From Chrysomallon squamiferum (taxonomy: Eukaryota > Animalia > Mollusca), in assembly GCA_012295275.1 (NCBI GenBank), contig CM022670.1:22196001-22260000 (forward strand): a stretch of DNA of 64,000 nucleotides, written 5' to 3'. Both the position numbers and the translations under genes were made by a program. The stretch's first letter is position 1, and every line of letters begins with the position of its first letter. Under the pieces are notes generated by a model that was not told the origin of the DNA, ran no database searches, and saw nothing but the letters and a program-made list of their open reading frames with translations. Below, piece after piece: positions 58,871-64,000 of this stretch.

Positions 58871-59137
58871 TTAGTAGGAGCAAGAAGCAAGTGGTGATCT
58901 GAAAGGAGAAAGAACAATTATAAATCTCTTCTAATAACAGTCATTGAAAACTTCAGATGATGTAAGAAAAAATTACTTTAAGATATTAACACTGTTAATT
59001 GAAATCCATTCCTAAAACTGTATAACAAATGTTATTAAAGAGCAATCAATAGTATGGGAGATGGTTATAAATAACAATATAGCATTTAGACATTTTAATA
59101 TTAAAAATACTGTAAATCCAACTACCCAGAATATATA

Positions 59138-59172
<35 letters not shown>

Positions 59173-62100
59173 TACCATTATGTGGCAATCACATCTTATC
59201 AAATGTTTTTGCATTATTTTCTTTCTACTGCCCAAGATGCACCAGTAACAGGATGAAATAAAAGATTAAAATTTATTTTGCTGTTTATATTTTAAACAAA
59301 AGGTACATGAATGGAAGAGTTGAAGATTATTAATAGTATATACACTATCAAGTTGTTTGTTATACTTTTATATTTTAATTGATGTTGGTTGATAGCCTGT
59401 TATGTTTTGTATCTAATCACAAGAAAGCTGACAGCATTGAACTAAGATGTAGTTGTGATTCTCTCTCTCAGTTATAAGTTGGTATGAATAATAATAAAAC
59501 CCCCAAAATCTCACAAAAAAAGTCCACTTTACACCAGTTCACAAATTAGGTCACTGGTAAGGTCAAAACAGTAGAAAAATTTCAAACTTTTTTCACTTAT
59601 AAGCAAAAAGATGACTGACATTAATTTTATTGGGGGTAAAAAAGAAGACAAATACCTTACTGATTTTTTAATCTTTTCCTAATCTCTCTCATTTGATTCT
59701 CACTGAAACAAAAATGATAAAAAAATGATCATACTTATGAACAAAATGATAAAAAATAACACAAGTAGAGTAAATACCTTATTAAAATCAACTGTCAGGT
59801 CCTGTTTCATAGAGCTTTTTGCAGAAAACTATTACTTTGTAGGGTTACCAAGGAGATAAAGTAATTAATCTGTTATTCCTTTAATTTAATGCTATATATA
59901 TATACGCAGAAACAAAATTATTATCTAAAGCACCTAAATTACATGTATTTCTAAAACTTTCAACCGTTTTTCAAAACAACAGCTGGGGTACATGAATATT
60001 TATATTAGCTACTCAGAATTAAGAGTATTTATCTGTCGTGTTTTTCATGTATGGACACAGACTGCTGTTATTACAAAGCTATGAAAGTTTCATACTCAGG
60101 GACATCAGACAATAGACGTTTTCTGTTATTCCTGCCCTGCACTTCTTCCTCCTGAAAAAATTATATTTTATAATCCAATAATCTTATTTTCATTTCTAAT
60201 GATAACTTGTAACATTACTTTTAAGAACTTATTAATAACTGTTTTTATTCATTTTCTTTTATGTGAGAAATAACTAAGAAAACAGAAACTGCTTCAACAA
60301 ATATTATCAAAGTGAAATATATTAAAAATGCTCTACCGTTTTTTCTTTAAATGCTTCAATTCAGAAATGTTTTGTTAATGCTAAAATTTAAACATGATCA
60401 CAATGACAAACAGATCTGAGATTAAAATATATTCTTGTCAACACAACAATGTTTTTTTTTTTATCATGCTGTAATACTTACATTATCTTCAATCAAGGGA
60501 TTAATGATGTGGTCAGAAATCCATTTTAACATTCTAGAAAACCATAGCTTGCTTCTCTTCTTATGTGCTCGATACAAATCACCTTCTTTCCAAAGCCAAG
60601 GCTCTAATCTGAAACAATAGCTTTATACTTGTAACGCTTTGTCAACAAATAACTTTCTTTCTTTTCCTTCTAATAAAACATTTTATTTCATAGAAATATG
60701 CTGCAAGATCAGTTATCATAATTTACTAACAACCAGGTTTGACATACTGCAAACAGACATACATTTTAATTAATTCTACATACATACATATATACACATA
60801 TAATGTAAACTTACGTATTGAGAAATGTCATCTGTGGCCCAATCACAGATCCTGGACGCAGTATTTTATTCCATGCTATGGCTTCTATAGCCGTGAATCT
60901 TAAGTGTTTCATCAAATAGCAGCACATTAGTGTGCCTGTCCGACCCAAACCATCTGAAAACAAATTTAAATATTCACATAGTAAATGAACATTGGCAGTT
61001 AAATTTTAAATAAATTTTAGTGAATAAATGAGAGAAAAAATAAAATCTGTACCTCTACAGTGAACAGCTGTCGCTCCTTTGGAATGTTCCACCATGTCAA
61101 GGAATAGCAGGATGGTCGGATTGCTTGGAGTGGCTCCAAAGTAGAGGTCATTAAATTCAAAACCTGCTTCAGTAAATGTTTTACAACTGTACCTGTTTTT
61201 GGTAAGTCGTATGACGTTTGTGACTTTACATATTCTGAGAAATGGAATGCTGTCTTCAGGAATGTTTAATTCATAAGCTGAAAAGAAGATGAAACTGTCT
61301 TTCAGACACTGTATTTACAGCAATCACACAATATTAAACAAATATTCTATAAATTTTACCAAGTAAAAAATCATTTCTAAGATTTTATTAAAATTAAATT
61401 ATCAGCTCAAAATGTTTGAACATTTTCCATTGTATCTCTATTCATGAGTTATTTCCCACTGACAAAATTTAAAGTAAGATGTCTGAAAAAGCATGCTGGT
61501 TTATGAATTACATGACATTTTACAATACAAAGATTTCACTTCAGTATTAATTAAAATAAATTAGTTTCTGTCTCTGGGTTATTCACTTACATGACACATG
61601 TAATCAACCATTTATGACTAAATGTACCAATGTTCCTAAATATTATTCAATTAACTTTCCTTTGGAAAGCATCTTTAAGGAATATTTTTAAAATGTTAAG
61701 GTGAATCGAAAAACATTTCAAATGTTTTAATTTGTGATGATGTTAAATAAAAAAGCACCATTTTAGTGATCACTCAGAAACTATTAGAAACACTTGACAA
61801 TATCTAAATGCAAATTAACAAAGAAAGAAGCTAGTTGAAATAACAGCATCTTGAAAAAAGAAAAAGAGACAAATTAATTTCAGAAAAATAAACTGAAATG
61901 GAATTAACAAACTTTTAAATATTAATTTCATTAATTAGGCTATGACCTTTATAAGGTAGTTATAAAAACCTACAAATGGCATAAACAAAATTACAAGAAA
62001 ATGAAGTATTTCAATACAGTATTAAATGTACTTATAACTTGATGCACGCAGTTATATTTCAATATGAACAAATATTATAAACACAACAAACTGCTTTTAA

Positions 62101-63698
62101 GTAAATGAATAAAACAAATAAAAAACAAAGACAGGGAAGTGAATTGTACATTTTAAAAACGATGGAATAAAGAAGATGGAGGTGAAAATCAGACCAGAAG
62201 AAAGTGTTCTTAGCAACAAGAAGCAACAGTGTTAAAACAAATATTAATTTGTTTTTCTTTAAAGTTGTATCATAATCATGAATACAGAACACTGTTAATA
62301 ATTATGGAAAGGCATGCCACACAAAGAGAGTAAGCTTGATTTGAAGTGAAAGATTTCTCAGTCATACCAAACTCTAGCTTGCTCTTTGATGTGGTCCACT
62401 GTAAAGTAGAAATTTGTTGGGTACAATCCAATTGTGATCTTCATTTTCTACTCACTGCAGGACCAAACAGAAAACATGAAAAATTAGTAACAATGACAAG
62501 AAATATCTTTAGTCTCCCAAATTAAACTGCATTTTCTATCTTGGAAGTACAGCAAATTCTCAACATTTACAACATTCTGGAGTGACGTTCAATGGAAACT
62601 TGTTACAATTATTTACTTTGTCACATAAAACAAAGACATCACATAAGTATCTTTGACAACTGATAAATAATTATCAGCAGTTTAATCAGAGCTGACTGCT
62701 TGAGCATCAATTAATCTGCTTGTGTAGAGAACTCAATAAAAAATTTAAACCTGTCAAATCTGTGCCAGAAATCATCTTAGAGAATATTATTTATTTGTGA
62801 TCTCAGAAATAGTTAAAGCTTAAAGTAGATCAACAATATTATCTAACACTCACTTCTAATTTACTGAATTGCATTTCAAGTTTATATTGTCAGCTAAATG
62901 ATTCATCTTTTCTTTTTTTTTGAAACACAGAAATAATAATTAAAAAATGCTAAGAAATTAGAAAAGATTTATATTTTAAAAACACAAACTTTTTACAGGT
63001 AAAAATAAATAAATACCTATTCATCCCAAAAAGAAAACCTCTTGTAGAAACAGATAATAACATCAACACAGAATTTTAAAAGTCTCAATCAAACAATACA
63101 ATAAAAGAATAAATTATGTTAAATTGACTAGATATTGTGTAGGATATTTAATTTTTTCAAAACCAACAGTAACAAAAATTAAAAGAAAAATAAACAGTTA
63201 AAATTTAGTTAGTAATTGTTTCAGAATCACAAAGAATAGTCTGGCAGGAATTACTATGTAGACATGGTTTTTGATCAATTTTTGCAGAAAGAGACATTTT
63301 TTTTTCTTTTCTTAATAGTGATAAATATACATTTACATCTGTTGAAATTTTGAATATTTTTGAAAGAGGTTAAATTTTCTTTGATGGCTGCATTATTTCT
63401 TCAGTTGTTAAAAACAATTTTAAATTTATGTTCAGATTAGTTTTTTTCAACAATATTAAACTGTCTGATAAATTAAATAAATAAATATTTCTGGTATGCA
63501 TTTCACAAAACAAAGAAGACATACAATGGTGTTAGTATTAAAAATATGAACATGAATTCTAATTTCAGAACTTTAAATGCCTTATTATTATTATTATTAT
63601 TGTTGTTTCATACCAGAAGTGTCTGTCACTGAAGAAGGGACAGGCTCAGAGAAAGCTAACAATTTTCCAGGCAATATCCAGTTCATGTGACCAATCTT
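58871..63698 (-). CDS. CDC14: CDC14-family dual-specificity phosphatase, divergent; 3' portion only (5' exons lie beyond the window)
   Basis: Exons 63698-63614 ([19 protein letters not shown]), 61277-61053 ([34 protein letters not shown]...GATAVHCR), 60953-60815 ([41 protein letters not shown]), 60608-60482 ([13 protein letters not shown]). Tentative tail exons 60151-60096, 59702-59661 and 58898-58871; the 3' end is uncertain. Confidence 0.88.
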
Positions 63699-64000
63699 CT
63701 GTAAAAAACAAAAGGGCAATTGTGTAAAGAACTGACATTTTACAACTGGCTTCAAAATGTAGGAAATATATTTCCAGATACAGGGTTTTAAAATCCTAAA
63801 TTCACCAAGAAATGTTATTTTCAATGTTTTTTTTTACTGTCTAAGATACTTTATTTTTCCCCCACCTTATCTCTTATAGTATGTAGCGAGACCTCTGGGT
63901 TTATAAAACTTCATTTGTTTTTTTTATCACTAATCTTTTGTCAATATTTTTGGACAGATGCTGTATGAAAACTATTTGTGCTAGAGTTTCCAAATATGGA

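Noticed and set aside
59777-59830. Possible extra CDC14 tail exon (AAG|GTATT donor)
   Set aside because: Its open frame is phase 0 and does not fit the phase-2 flanking exons; read in phase it reaches a stop. Left unresolved.

Overview
AT-rich, intron-rich animal genomic DNA, probably from a lophotrochozoan or mollusc (inferred from composition and protein style; not proven). The ORF track is mostly noise, and the real genes are spliced. By hand I rebuilt five complete GT-AG gene models whose exon lengths add up to intact frames: FDX2 (+), UBE2U (-), ZGLP1-like GATA zinc finger (+), MFSD14/HIAT1 (+) and TMEM38/TRIC (+). Two genes are partial: exon 1 of CACHD1 (-, left side) and the 3' half of a divergent CDC14-family phosphatase (-, right edge). 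Introns hold non-autonomous DNA transposons (one Tc1/mariner-type, two hAT-type with 8-bp TSDs), an RTE-like LINE fossil, local duplications and microsatellites. Highlights: (1) the order CACHD1-FDX2-UBE2U-ZGLP1 interleaves two human neighbour pairs, UBE2U-CACHD1 (1p31) and FDX2-ZGLP1 (19p13), with matching orientations, so it looks like the pre-genome-duplication ancestral block. (2) The CDC14-like protein has lost its general-acid Asp and carries HCRDGLGR instead of HCKAGLGR. (3) UBE2U and ZGLP1, both germline-associated in mammals, sit head to head around an NRF1 palindrome. (4) There is a candidate 18-nt microexon in MFSD14. Gene identities and human gene positions come from recalled sequences, not database searches.
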